The notes under the pieces are model-generated. The model was not told where the DNA came from. It made no database searches and worked only from the letters and a program-made list of their open reading frames with translations. 61,680 nucleotides of DNA. Origin: an uncultured Ignavibacteria bacterium (GTDB lineage: Bacteria > Zixibacteria > MSB-5A5 > CAIYYT01). The translations under genes were made by a program, and so were the position numbers. The DNA is taken from NCBI GenBank assembly GCA_964468475.1, contig CAYXUL010000004.1:1811-63490 (forward strand), given 5' to 3'. Below, piece after piece: positions 1 through 10,307 of this stretch (position 1 is the stretch's first letter; the number at the start of each line of letters is the position of its first letter).

Positions 1-673
1 CGGGATGATTCTTGTAAGCAACATAGGTGTGGGTCATGCCCAGTGGCAAGAATATGCTGTCACGCATGAAATCACGGTAAGGAACGCCCGCTACATTCTC
101 GATCAAATCAGCGAGCAGGACGTACCCGGAGTTGGAGTAGGAAAAGTCAGAGCCGGGTGTGAAAAGCAGGCTGTCTTGTTGATCCAGCAGCTTGACAATC
201 GTTTCATTGGTCAGTCCCTGGCGCTCCTCTCCAAGGATATCATAGTGGTCCGGAAGCCCTGATGTATGAGTGAGCAGTTGCCTGATGGTAACTGCACCTG
301 CGTACTTGGGTACTTCAGCAAGGTAATTGGATGCAGCATCGTCGAAATCCAACTCCCCGTGATCCTTCAGGATCATAATTCCCATTGCCGTGAATGATTT
401 TGCCAGGGAAGCGAGATAGAACTCAGTCTGAGGCGTTATTGGGCTATTTGTTTCCAGATCGGCCAGCCCGTACGTCTTCTCGAAGATCGTCTTCCCGTCG
501 TGCAAAACCGCAATCACACCTCCGGGTCCATTCGCCGGCCAGGACTCTTCTGCAAGTGAGTCCAGGGCGCGTGCTGGTTCTGCCCTTTGGGCTGCGGTTA
601 CCGTTTGCGCAGAAAGAAGTCCGCAGTGGAGGTAGACTATCACTAGTATTGATGTCAGTATGGCTCGGGACAT
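1..673 (-). CDS. serine hydrolase, beta-lactamase/transpeptidase-like family (C-terminal part lies beyond the window edge)
   Basis: Absent from the ORF track because it is open at the window edge. Reverse-strand translation from ATG at 673 gives MSRAILTSILVIVYLHCGLLSAQ (signal peptide) ... FYLASLAKSF (SxxK) ... FSYSNSGYVLL (YxN). Track ORFs 5..262(+), 394..681(+) and 444..689(-) are other frames of this gene. Confidence 0.75.
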   Translation of the reverse strand, partial: MSRAILTSILVIVYLHCGLLSAQTVTAAQRAEPARALDSLAEESWPANGPGGVIAVLHDGKTIFEKTYGLADLETNSPITPQTEFYLASLAKSFTAMGIMILKDHGELDFDDAASNYLAEVPKYAGAVTIRQLLTHTSGLPDHYDILGEERQGLTNETIVKLLDQQDSLLFTPGSDFSYSNSGYVLLADLIENVAGVPYRDFMRDSIFLPLGMTHTYVAYKNHP

Positions 674-934
674 ATCCTTGACCTTTCATTTGAGTCCAAT
701 CTGGTCTAGGGAAGGTACGAGTATGTCTGCTTCGAGTTGCGCAATAGTGAGCCGCCCGCTCGATTTAGTAGCAGATAATTCAGTTCACGTAGTATTTCTG
801 CCGTTCACGAACCACAACTTAAGCCGGGACCACGACCACGAAACAAATTCTGAGCAATTCCGAGATATCCTGGAGGGATGCCTTGATCCCAAGAGAGCAC
901 GACTAGGTGACAAACTGCAGCAGGACGATTTCCT

Positions 935-1666
935 TCACTCGACTTTCTCAGCCAGCATGATCGCATTCGTTGAAAGACGGCCGACGAGGGGTAGTCTCTT
1001 GGCAAAGAAATCGAATTCGGCGAAGTGGCTTGAAAGTCGTTCACTTCCGGTCAATCGATAGACCAGCGGCGACAACACGTGGAAGCGTGCGCGCTTTTTC
1101 ACGACAAAGCCATTAGCTTCGAGGATTGAGATAATGTACGGCTCCGAGTAGAACCAAAGGGTCACCTCGCGCTTCCCGTACCGGGTGAGCATGCGGCTTT
1201 GGCTGGCACCGTAGCCCTCGCGACCCCAATACTCTGCGCTCTCGCTTCTCTCAAACTCAAGGAGCAGGAGACCGCCCGGTTTGAGAGCACGGGCAGATTC
1301 TTCGATCACTGCAGCCGCGTCACAGTAGTTAATCACCGAACCCACGCAGACGCACATATCAAACGACTGATCCTGGAAGGGAAGCTTCTCGGTATTGCCA
1401 AGGACGGCACCGTTGACGCCGTGAAGCGAGTTGTTAGCCAGGTCAAGGTGAATGTGGCAGGCAGCGGAGATGTCGTAAGAGTTTCCTCCCGAACCCTGGT
1501 TGAGCACGGTTTGCCAGTCTCTGCTGTGTCCATTGCCGGCATAGCGCCGAACATACCGGCGAATGCGGTGATACGTTTTCCGGTGCCATGAGTCTACCCA
1601 GCAGCCGTTGAGGTTGTTGTACTGATCACGGATGGAGTTGATATCAGCGCGAGCTTCTGCACACAC
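935..1666 (-). CDS. class I SAM-dependent methyltransferase
   Basis: 243-aa ORF. VLNQGSGGNS (motif I-like Gly-rich loop), FDMCVCVGSVINY and ALKPGGLLLLEF are typical of the Methyltransf_11/25 fold. Confidence 0.7.
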   Translation of the reverse strand: MCAEARADINSIRDQYNNLNGCWVDSWHRKTYHRIRRYVRRYAGNGHSRDWQTVLNQGSGGNSYDISAACHIHLDLANNSLHGVNGAVLGNTEKLPFQDQSFDMCVCVGSVINYCDAAAVIEESARALKPGGLLLLEFERSESAEYWGREGYGASQSRMLTRYGKREVTLWFYSEPYIISILEANGFVVKKRARFHVLSPLVYRLTGSERLSSHFAEFDFFAKRLPLVGRLSTNAIMLAEKVE

Positions 1667-1928
1667 TGTTTGATCCTGTCTCTATGACGTAAATGTTGAT
1701 CCGAGCCTTCGCGGCGCTGCTGCGCATGCGCGAGCAGAGTCTCCGGCGTTCGGGATTCTCTCGAATAGGCGTGCCCGAACTGTTCCAACCGCGAAGTTCT
1801 TGTACAATGAATTCTATGCAGGAAATTCGATTTTGCCAAGCGAAATTTCGGAGAAAATCGAGCCCTTCGGTCTCAATAAGTAGTGCTTTGTAAATGCGGA
1901 TGAGAGCGTCGCCAAGCCCCCGAGCCTT

Positions 1929-2426
1929 CTACTCGGGGGTTGTGCCGGAGGCAAGATTTTTACTGCGCTCCATCGATTGCAGAGCCAGGTACTTATCACC
2001 GAACTTGTCCATGGCGTCGATTTCGTTGTCGTACTGATCGTAATGGCGTTCTTCGTCGAGCACGAGTTCCTCGAAAATCTTCTTCGATGCTGAATCGGCG
2101 TTGGCGGAACACTCGTTGGCCCACTTATTGTAGTCTTTTGCGCTGCCCTCTTCCATAGACCTTCCTTTTTCCAGCATTTTGCGGACATCGGAGATTGGCT
2201 CGACTTCATTTGCGACACTCATCTTCACATCGCCACCAAGGAAGAGGATACGCTCAGCCAGCTTTTCGACGTGCAGCATCTCCTCGATAGCCGTCTTCTT
2301 GAATAGGGCGGCCAGCAAGTCATATCCCTGGTCATCGCAGAGGAAATGGAAATACATGTACTGGTGAACTGCCGCCAGCTCATCACCGACAGCTTTGTTC
2401 AACAACTCCTGACTTTTTTCGTGCAT
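1929..2426 (-). CDS. bfr: bacterioferritin
   Basis: 165 aa. LNKAVGDELAAVHQYMYFHF, EEMLHVEKLAERILFLGG and LDEERHYDQ are collinear with E. coli Bfr ferroxidase-centre residues, and the heme-ligand Met position is kept. Confidence 0.8.
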   Translation of the reverse strand: MHEKSQELLNKAVGDELAAVHQYMYFHFLCDDQGYDLLAALFKKTAIEEMLHVEKLAERILFLGGDVKMSVANEVEPISDVRKMLEKGRSMEEGSAKDYNKWANECSANADSASKKIFEELVLDEERHYDQYDNEIDAMDKFGDKYLALQSMERSKNLASGTTPE

Positions 2427-2650
2427 CTTATACTCCTTTACGCTCCGACAGCCGGCTCAGCGACTTCTTAAAATGAGTGCAGGCGTCGGCCGGATAAGCC
2501 ATTTACAGCTTCCAATCATGTTGTAAAATTCGTCTTCGTAATCATAGCTAGTCTTGTCCAGCTAGATGAAGACTCTGTTAGGGAGATAAAACGCAGTAAG
2601 CTCGGGAGAAGCAAGCTATTTCGGGAAACCGGATTGCCGCCGTCGGAAAA

Positions 2651-3025
2651 TCAGACTTTCTCCAACGGATCGCGGGAATACTCGCCAAGCATCAGAGGGT
2701 TATCGTCAGGATCGGAAAAAGCGATGAACTTCATGAAACCGGGCGCCTCCATGACCTCACCGGAGAATTCGACACCTCGCGCTTTAAGATCGGCAACGCT
2801 CTTCTCGATATCGGTGGTGCGGAAAATGATAAGCGCGTTTGCGGGATCGCTCTCCTTTAGAGTTTTGCCTCCCGGCGAAACCGTAAAACGAACCGACCCT
2901 GCACGAAATGCAAATGAATTGTCGTGCTCTTCGACGATATCAAAGCCAAGCGTTTCTATATAGAAATCTCTCGCCTTTCCAACTTCCGAGACATTGAGAA
3001 CGATGTGTGCGCATTCCAAGTCCAT
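2651..3025 (-). CDS. VOC (glyoxalase/bleomycin-resistance/dioxygenase) family protein
   Basis: 124 aa. HIVLNVSEVGKARDFYIETLGF ... FSDPDDNPLML is the classic VOC beta-alpha-beta-beta-beta pattern. Confidence 0.75.
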   Translation of the reverse strand: MDLECAHIVLNVSEVGKARDFYIETLGFDIVEEHDNSFAFRAGSVRFTVSPGGKTLKESDPANALIIFRTTDIEKSVADLKARGVEFSGEVMEAPGFMKFIAFSDPDDNPLMLGEYSRDPLEKV

Positions 3026-3072
3026 ATCTTACTCCTTATCGGTTCACGGTGCGTCTGTCTGTGGCGGTTCGC

Positions 3073-3657
3073 TCAAATTTCCCGGTCAGCGAGAACCCGC
3101 TCAATCCGCCGGTCAGGCACCAGCCAGATCAACGCTACCAGAATGTAGATGCCTATTGAGACCCAGTGTTGCCAGAAAGCAAGAACGATGGCGATAGCGT
3201 AGAGGATCGGGGACAATTTGCCTTTCCAGTCGCCCCTGATGGCTCTTTTCAATAGCGAATCGGGCCCTTGCGCAGCAATGATTCGCTGCTGCAGGATGAA
3301 GTAAGCCAGCGCGGCCATAATCAGTACCACGCCATAAACTGCGGTAGGTCGGGGCGCAAACTGGTTTTCTCCCATCCAGCCGGTCACGAAAGGTACCAGC
3401 GAGAGCCAGAACAACAGATGCAAATTCGCCCACAGAATCGGTCCGGTAACCTCGCGGCAAGTGTGCATCATGTGATGATGGTTATTCCAGTAAATAGCGA
3501 GGTAGACGAAGCTCAGGACGTAGCTGAGGAAAACGGGAAGCAGAGGCTTAAGTGCTTCCAGAGAGGCGCCATGCGGCACCTTAAGCTCCAGCACCATGAT
3601 GGTGATAATAATAGCCAGCACGCCGTCGCTGAATGCCTCTAGTCTGTTCTTGCCCAA
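3073..3657 (-). CDS. TMEM175/DUF1211-family membrane protein (putative K+ channel)
   Basis: 194 aa and about 6 TM segments. The N-terminal RLEAFSDGVLAIIITIMVLEL carries the RxxxFSD signature of the family. Confidence 0.75.
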   Translation of the reverse strand: MGKNRLEAFSDGVLAIIITIMVLELKVPHGASLEALKPLLPVFLSYVLSFVYLAIYWNNHHHMMHTCREVTGPILWANLHLLFWLSLVPFVTGWMGENQFAPRPTAVYGVVLIMAALAYFILQQRIIAAQGPDSLLKRAIRGDWKGKLSPILYAIAIVLAFWQHWVSIGIYILVALIWLVPDRRIERVLADREI

Positions 3658-3783
3658 TTGTAACTCAGTCGAATTGATCGTCTAATGTGAACTAAGTAGA
3701 TACCTGTTTAAGTTTACAAATTCAAGTTGCCCAGATCAATGGGAAAGCTCCGGCGCACTCCGAAGGAGCCCGAGCTTGATCTG

Positions 3784-5172
3784 TTAGGCATTCTCCCGAA
3801 GTTTTCCCCGCGCCAGCGAAGCGAAGACTCCTCCCAGGCAGAGCACTGCAAAAACAACGAAGGCTACGTGGAGGCTGCTAACGAAAGCCTCGACGCTCTC
3901 CGGAGTGACTTCCGCTTTCCCGAGATAGAGCGCCATAATGAGCATAACAATTCCCATCGAGAACATCATTCCAACCTGGCGCACCATGCCCAGCATCGCG
4001 CCGGCAACGCCATAGTAGCGACGATCCACTGAACTCATTACTGCATTCGTATTCGGCGACGAGAATAGTCCAAAACCGATTCCCAGCACTACCAGGCAGA
4101 ATATGACATAGACAACCGACGTATCTACGCCCACAAAGACCATGAGGATCAGGGCGACAACGCTGGTCGCCATCCCCAGTGAAGCCAGTGTGCGTGGCTC
4201 GATTCGATCGGACAACTTTCCCGCATACGGTGACAGCGCCGCCTGCAGAATCGGTTGAGCTACCAGGACTGCCCCCGCTATTTCGGGCGAGAACCCCTTG
4301 GCGTTTTGCAGGTAGATGCTCAGCATAAATGCCACCGCAAAGGTCGCCGCGTAGGTGATTAGGGCAGCGAGAATTGAAAATGCGAATACGACGTTGTACC
4401 GAAACAGATCAATGTTAAGTACCGGGCTTTCTACTCGCATCTCGTATGTCACGAATCCGGCCAAACCAATGAGTCCAACAATGAGCAGCACAATCGCCGG
4501 CCCACCGGGCAGGGTGGAAAAGCCGTACATTGCCACTAAGAGCGACACGGCAAGCAGCAGCGAGCCTACCCAGTCGAATCTGCTGCCTTTCGCCTCGGCC
4601 CAATCACCCCTGAGAAGCACCATAGAAATCGTCAGCATGAAAGCGCCCAGCGGTAAATTGAGCCAGAAGATAAAACGCCAACTCAGGCTGCCCGTTATCA
4701 GCCCGCCAATGAACGGTCCGGTCGAGAGACCAAGGTAGACCGCTGCAATTGTCAGCCCGATAGCTTTGCCGCGCTGCTCCGGCGGCACCACTGAGATCAG
4801 GATTGGCATTGCGGTGGCGAAAACCATTGCTGCGCCTAATCCCTGAAAGACTCGATAGACAATTACCGTTGTTCCTGACTGCGCAGTGGCATTCAGCACC
4901 GAAGCAACCGTCAGCACAAAAAGGCCGATGACAAAAATCTTTTTTCGACCGACTATATCTGCCAGGCGGCCGAACGGAACCAGCAGGCTCGCGGCAGCGA
5001 GCAAATAGGCAGTGTTTATCCAGCCGAGAGCCACGGCGCTCAGCCCGAATTCTGAGCCTATGGAGGGCAGGGCGACATTAACCGCGGAAGACATAAATGG
5101 CCCAATGAAGGAGGCGGTAATCGCAACCGTCAGGGCAGCTTTCGTAGATGTATTTCCGTTGGAGTTAGTCAT
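3784..5172 (-). CDS. MFS transporter, DHA2 (EmrB/QacA-like, 14-TMS) type
   Basis: The ORF is hydrophobic throughout. GRLADIVGRKKIF (MFS motif A-like). I moved the start to ATG 5172 (MTNSNGNTS...) because the 42 upstream codons of the track ORF are Cys/Arg-rich and not transporter-like. Confidence 0.85.
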   Translation of the reverse strand: MTNSNGNTSTKAALTVAITASFIGPFMSSAVNVALPSIGSEFGLSAVALGWINTAYLLAAASLLVPFGRLADIVGRKKIFVIGLFVLTVASVLNATAQSGTTVIVYRVFQGLGAAMVFATAMPILISVVPPEQRGKAIGLTIAAVYLGLSTGPFIGGLITGSLSWRFIFWLNLPLGAFMLTISMVLLRGDWAEAKGSRFDWVGSLLLAVSLLVAMYGFSTLPGGPAIVLLIVGLIGLAGFVTYEMRVESPVLNIDLFRYNVVFAFSILAALITYAATFAVAFMLSIYLQNAKGFSPEIAGAVLVAQPILQAALSPYAGKLSDRIEPRTLASLGMATSVVALILMVFVGVDTSVVYVIFCLVVLGIGFGLFSSPNTNAVMSSVDRRYYGVAGAMLGMVRQVGMMFSMGIVMLIMALYLGKAEVTPESVEAFVSSLHVAFVVFAVLCLGGVFASLARGKLRENA

Positions 5173-5443
5173 GTTTCTTGTAATCAATACGATACAAAAC
5201 CAAATGCAATATCGGCACCGGAATTTATAATCACGGGCACATTTCCTCCTGTATGTGGCAGCTTTTGCCTCAGAGACTGATGCCGTCTTCCGAATCATTC
5301 AACTAGGGTCATCTGATAGCGGCATCTGCGCGACGATTACCATCTCCTGGTTAAGTTCTCATGGCGAGATGGCGTAATCAGTATAATATTGGGAAGAAGC
5401 TAAACCTGGGGCTTGGACTCGAAAGATTAAGGTCGAACGGAAA

Positions 5444-8400
5444 ATGGTCGAGAATAAGCAGCAAATATTGTCGCGGCTCATGAAAGAGCGCATTCTCGTG
5501 CTTGACGGTGCGATGGGCACGGCTATTCAAGGCCTCAGGTTGAATGAAGACAACTTCCGAGGCACTCGTTTTATCCATCACCCTGTAGACCTCCTGGGCA
5601 ACAATGACTTGCTTTGCCTGACTCGGCCGGAGGCGATCGCAGAAATTCACCGCGGTTATCTGGAAGCTGGTGCGGACATCATCTCCACGAACACCTTCAA
5701 CGGAACGTCAATCTCCCAATCCGATTATCAGACTGCGAATCTGGCCTACGAGATCAATGTTACCGCAGGCAGGATCGCCAGAAAGATGTGTGATAAATTT
5801 ACGGCGCAGAATCCGAGCAAACCTCGATTCGTAGCCGGCTCTCTTGGACCGACGAACAAAACATGCTCACTCTCTCCCAAAGTCAATGATCCCGGCTTTC
5901 GTAACGTGACTTTCGAGGAAATGCGGGACGCTTACCGCGAACAAGCTCGCGGGCTAATTGACGGCGGCGTTGATATCCTCCTGGTTGAGACGATTTTTGA
6001 TACACTCAATGCCAAGGCTGCCATCTTTGCAATCCAGGAACTGTTCGAAAAACGCAACATCGAGCTGCCGCTGTGGCTTTCGGGCACAATTACCGATGCC
6101 AGCGGCAGGACATTATCGGGGCAAACCACGCACGCCTTCTGGATTTCAATCGAGCATGCGCAGCCACTTATTGTGGGGCTCAACTGTGCGCTTGGAGTGG
6201 AGGCACTACGCCCGTATCTTGAAGAGCTATCCCAGCACGCTGACACTTTTGTCTCTGTCTATCCCAACGCAGGTTTGCCCAACGAATTCGGCGAATATGA
6301 CGACACCCCTGAGTACATGGCGCGCATACTGCGAGATTTTGCCGAGAGCGGCTACGTTAATGTTGTTGGAGGATGTTGCGGGACAACTCCGGCACACATA
6401 AAGTCAATTGCAGAGGCTGTTGCCGGGCTGCCGCCGCGACAACTGCCTGAGAAGTCGCGGCTGCCACACTTCAGCGGGCTCGAGCCACTGGTAATACGTC
6501 CCGATTCACTTTTTGTCAATATCGGCGAACGCACCAATGTCGCGGGTTCCCGTCAGTTCGCTCGACTGATTAAGAATGGTCAATTCGAGGAAGCCCTGGA
6601 AGTTGGACGTCTGCAGGTTGAGAGCGGCGCGCAGATGGTGGATGTCAACATGGACGAAGGTATGCTCGACTCGAAATCCGCCATGGTTACCTTCCTCAAA
6701 CTCATTGCATCGGAGCCCGAAATCGCAAGAGTCCCGATTGTTATCGACTCCTCCAGGTGGGAGGTGATCGAAGCGGGGCTGAAGTGCATCCAGGGTAAAG
6801 GCGTCGTCAATTCGATTTCACTGAAGGATGGGGAGAAAGAATTTCTTCGTCGTGCCAGACTGGTGAGACGTTACGGCGCAGCTGCCATCGTAATGGCATT
6901 TGATGAGGAGGGCCAGGCGGACACTTATGAGCGGAAGACTGCAATCTGCCGCCGCGCGTACAAGCTGCTTACCGAAGATGTCAATTTCCCTCCCGAGGAT
7001 ATCATCTTCGACCCGAATATCTTTGCGGTCGCCACGGGAATCGAGGAGCACGACAAGTATGCGGTAGATTACATCCGCGCCTGCAAAACCATCAAGGAGG
7101 AACTGCCGCATGCTCTGGTTAGCGGCGGTGTCAGCAATCTTTCGTTCTCGTTTCGCGGGAATGATGTCGTCCGCGAGGCGATGCACTCGGTGTTCCTGTA
7201 CCACGCTATCAACGCGGGAATGGACATGGGGATCGTAAATGCAGGGCAGTTGGCTATCTACGACGATATTCCTGCTGACGTGCGGGATTCCGTTGAGGAT
7301 GTCGTTCTCAATCGCCGAGCAGATGCCACTAATCGCCTGCTGGCGATGGCGGAGACGGTGTCAGGAAAAGAAATCAAGAGAGAGAAGGATATCTCCTGGC
7401 GGGAGAAAGACGCAACGGAGAGAATCAAACATGCGCTGGTTCATGGAATTGCGGACTATATCGAAGCGGATGTAATGGAATCGCTGACCGAACTCAACGA
7501 TCCCCTCAAGGTGATCGAGGGACCCATGATGAATGGGATGAATGTTGTTGGCGATCTGTTCGGGTCCGGCAGAATGTTTTTGCCACAGGTGGTGAAATCG
7601 GCACGCGTGATGAAGCGGGGAGTCGCAGTTCTCGAACCATTGATGAAGGAGTCGACCGGCAAAGGCAGCGGCTCGAAGGGTGTCATTCTCCTGGCAACAG
7701 TGAAGGGCGACGTTCACGACATCGGCAAGAACATAGTCGGCGTGGTGCTGAGCTGCAACGGCTATAAGGTGATCGATCTCGGCGTGATGGTACCTGCGCA
7801 GAAGTTGCTTGAGGTGGCGCGTGAACAGAATGCTGACATTATCGGCCTTAGCGGGCTGATCACGCCCTCGCTTGAGGAAATGGTGCATGTTGCCGGCGAG
7901 ATGGAGCGGCAGCAATTTGACGTTCCACTTCTGATCGGTGGTGCTACCACCTCAGATGTTCACACCGCTGTTAAAATTGCACCGACCTACAGCGGTATTT
8001 GTGTTCACGTAATCGATGCCTCACGTGCGGCTCCGGTAGTTGGCCAACTGCTGAACAAGAATAAACGTGCGAAATATGCGGAACGCGTGAGTGAAGCGCA
8101 GGAAGGGCTGCGATCACGGCACGAGCAGACTCAGTCAAGAAAGAGCCTGATAACACTCGAAGAAGCGCGCGCGAACAAGCCGCAGCTTGACTGGAAATCA
8201 TACGTGCCCCCAGAGCCCGCCAGCCCTGGAATCACTTGCATTGATGATTACCCGCTGGCTGAATTGAGAACTTTTATCGACTGGACGCCGTTCTTTCAGG
8301 CCTGGGAATTGTCGGGCACTTATCCGCGTATATTCGAGAGTGAGAAGGTTGGCGAGGAAGCGAGGAAGCTGTTTGATGACGCCCAATTGCTTCTAAATGA

Positions 8401-9157
8401 AATCGTGAAAGATCAGCTCCTGCAGGCACGCGCAATTGTCGGGCTTTATCCAGCCGGCTCGCGAGGCGACGACATTGAAATCTACTCTGACCAAACTAGA
8501 TCAGCCGTTTTGCAGCGCTTCTGCTTTCTGAGACAGCAGCGCCGCCTCTCTACAGGCAGACACAACACGTCGCTGGCTGATTTCATCGCGCCTGCCGATA
8601 CTGGAATTGCTGACTATATCGGTCTATTTGCGGTTTCAGCCGGTTTCGGTGCCGAAAAACTGAATGCTCGCTTTGTGGGCGAGAAGGACGATTATAAAGC
8701 GATCATGGTGAAGGTGCTGGCTGATCGCCTCGCCGAGGCGCTGGCTGAACGGATGCATCAGCTTGTCCGAACTGATTTGTGGGGGTATGCTTCCTCTGAG
8801 CGCCTCGACAATGAGGCGTTGATAGCAGAGAAGTATCAGGGAATTCGCCCGGCGCCGGGATATCCGGCATGTCCGGATCATACGCAGAAAATTGATCTGT
8901 TCCGCCTCCTTGAGGTTTCCGACAAGATCGACATCAAACTGACCGAAAATTGTGCCATGTATCCTAATGCATCGGTGAGTGGCTTCTATCTCTCGCATCC
9001 GCAAGCGCGATATATTCAGATCGGGCGTATCGGGCGCGACCAGGTTGAAGATTATGCGGCGCGCACGGGCATGTCTCTTGCCGAGGCAGAGAGGTGGCTG
9101 GCGCCAAACCTGGCCTATGATCCGGCCGAATACAAGGAGCGACCGGTAAAATCGTGA
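5444..9157 (+). CDS. metH: cobalamin-dependent methionine synthase
   Basis: 1237 aa with the full five-module architecture. Hcy-binding module (GGCCGTTP), pterin-binding module, B12 cap and binding module ([11 protein letters not shown] = DxHxxG) and C-terminal AdoMet reactivation domain ([12 protein letters not shown]). Confidence 0.97.
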   Translation: MVENKQQILSRLMKERILVLDGAMGTAIQGLRLNEDNFRGTRFIHHPVDLLGNNDLLCLTRPEAIAEIHRGYLEAGADIISTNTFNGTSISQSDYQTANLAYEINVTAGRIARKMCDKFTAQNPSKPRFVAGSLGPTNKTCSLSPKVNDPGFRNVTFEEMRDAYREQARGLIDGGVDILLVETIFDTLNAKAAIFAIQELFEKRNIELPLWLSGTITDASGRTLSGQTTHAFWISIEHAQPLIVGLNCALGVEALRPYLEELSQHADTFVSVYPNAGLPNEFGEYDDTPEYMARILRDFAESGYVNVVGGCCGTTPAHIKSIAEAVAGLPPRQLPEKSRLPHFSGLEPLVIRPDSLFVNIGERTNVAGSRQFARLIKNGQFEEALEVGRLQVESGAQMVDVNMDEGMLDSKSAMVTFLKLIASEPEIARVPIVIDSSRWEVIEAGLKCIQGKGVVNSISLKDGEKEFLRRARLVRRYGAAAIVMAFDEEGQADTYERKTAICRRAYKLLTEDVNFPPEDIIFDPNIFAVATGIEEHDKYAVDYIRACKTIKEELPHALVSGGVSNLSFSFRGNDVVREAMHSVFLYHAINAGMDMGIVNAGQLAIYDDIPADVRDSVEDVVLNRRADATNRLLAMAETVSGKEIKREKDISWREKDATERIKHALVHGIADYIEADVMESLTELNDPLKVIEGPMMNGMNVVGDLFGSGRMFLPQVVKSARVMKRGVAVLEPLMKESTGKGSGSKGVILLATVKGDVHDIGKNIVGVVLSCNGYKVIDLGVMVPAQKLLEVAREQNADIIGLSGLITPSLEEMVHVAGEMERQQFDVPLLIGGATTSDVHTAVKIAPTYSGICVHVIDASRAAPVVGQLLNKNKRAKYAERVSEAQEGLRSRHEQTQSRKSLITLEEARANKPQLDWKSYVPPEPASPGITCIDDYPLAELRTFIDWTPFFQAWELSGTYPRIFESEKVGEEARKLFDDAQLLLNEIVKDQLLQARAIVGLYPAGSRGDDIEIYSDQTRSAVLQRFCFLRQQRRLSTGRHNTSLADFIAPADTGIADYIGLFAVSAGFGAEKLNARFVGEKDDYKAIMVKVLADRLAEALAERMHQLVRTDLWGYASSERLDNEALIAEKYQGIRPAPGYPACPDHTQKIDLFRLLEVSDKIDIKLTENCAMYPNASVSGFYLSHPQARYIQIGRIGRDQVEDYAARTGMSLAEAERWLAPNLAYDPAEYKERPVKS

Positions 9158-9195
9158 CAATCCACATTACAGGTCATAGAATGAGGTCTTAACAA

Positions 9196-10158
9196 TTGTT
9201 TGTCATTGAGCATCTTGAACGGGCAACGAGCCCGCTATTCAGCTATGAGATCATCCCGCCCCCGCGCGGCAAGAGTGCCAAGGATATTCTCGATATTGTG
9301 GAGCAGCTGTTGCCCTTTGAGCCGCCCTTTATAGATGTGACTGCCCATGGCGCCGAAGCCACCTACGAGGAACTCGATGACGGCACCATCCGGCGCCGGA
9401 TTCGGAAAAAGCGCCCCGGCACGCTGAGCATCTGCGGTATTATCCAGAACCGCTACAAGATCGACACCGTCCCGCACTTGCTCTGTCATGGTTTCACTAA
9501 AGAGGAAACCGAGGATGCCATGATCGAGTTGAACTACCTTGGCATCCATAACGTTCTGGCGATTCGTGGCGACGAGACCAATCACAACGAAACCAATCAC
9601 AATGTCAGCAAACACAACGGAAACGTGAACGCCTATGCCTCCGATCTGGTAAGGCAGTTGAATGATCTCAAGCGGGGGATCTATCTTGAAGATATCGCCA
9701 ACTCGTCACCGATTGAGTTTTGCATCGGTGTAGGCGGATATCCGGAGAAACATATCGAATCTCCAAATCTCAAGACTGATATTGAGTATCTCAAGCGGAA
9801 AGTCGAGTGTGGCGCTGATTATGTCGTCACGCAAATGTTCTTTGACGCCGATGATTTTATCCGCTTCGAGAGACGGTGTCGCGATGCCGGAATTACAGCG
9901 CCGATTATCCCGGGGCTTAAGATCCTCAACACGAAACGACAGCTTCACAGCCTGCCCAAGAACTTCCACGTCAACATCCCGGAACCCCTTGCCGACGAGG
10001 TGATGGAAAGCCCTGAACGCGCCGTCGAGATTGGCATCGACTGGGGAGTCGCTGAATGCGAGAAGCTCCTCAGCCATGGGGCAAAATGCCTTCATTTCTA
10101 CGTCATGAACGATACTGCCTCTGTCAGTGAGGTGGTCGGACGGTTGCGCAAAGCCTGA
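9196..10158 (+). CDS. metF: methylenetetrahydrofolate reductase
   Basis: 320 aa with a TTG start. FSYEIIPPPRG, TCHG-like LLCHGF, LAIRGD and YPEKH match the MetF TIM-barrel pattern. The gene lies 38 nt downstream of metH. Confidence 0.9.
   Translation: MFVIEHLERATSPLFSYEIIPPPRGKSAKDILDIVEQLLPFEPPFIDVTAHGAEATYEELDDGTIRRRIRKKRPGTLSICGIIQNRYKIDTVPHLLCHGFTKEETEDAMIELNYLGIHNVLAIRGDETNHNETNHNVSKHNGNVNAYASDLVRQLNDLKRGIYLEDIANSSPIEFCIGVGGYPEKHIESPNLKTDIEYLKRKVECGADYVVTQMFFDADDFIRFERRCRDAGITAPIIPGLKILNTKRQLHSLPKNFHVNIPEPLADEVMESPERAVEIGIDWGVAECEKLLSHGAKCLHFYVMNDTASVSEVVGRLRKA
9574..9603 (+). repeat. in-frame 15-bp tandem duplication inside metF
   Basis: GAGACCAATCACAAC / GAAACCAATCACAAT encodes ETNHN-ETNHN, inside a His/Asn-rich loop. 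Confidence 0.8.
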
Positions 10159-10307
10159 ACGACCTCCCGACGAAGCTCTGAAAACTGCCCCAGGCTAATC
10201 CTGGGCAGAAAGACGCGAAAAATCGAGTAAATTGTCTTGACAGGCCATCGCGCATTCCTACCTTACTAAGTAGACTCTGTTATCCAGTATAAAAGAAAGG
10301 ATCCCAC

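Noticed and set aside
5173-5443. Possible SAM/SAH or cobalamin riboswitch in the 270-nt leader of metH
   Set aside because: I could not find the conserved core sequences of SAM-I, SAH or cobalamin riboswitches by eye. An Rfam covariance scan would be needed, so no call is made.
5932-9167. About twenty 60-180-aa ORFs on both strands inside metH
   Set aside because: All are off-frame or antisense to an uninterrupted 1237-aa MetH with every expected module. Similar shadow ORFs were rejected inside the kinase genes (24718..25254, 25221..25757), hbd (58147..58674) and the methyltransferase (60351..60917).
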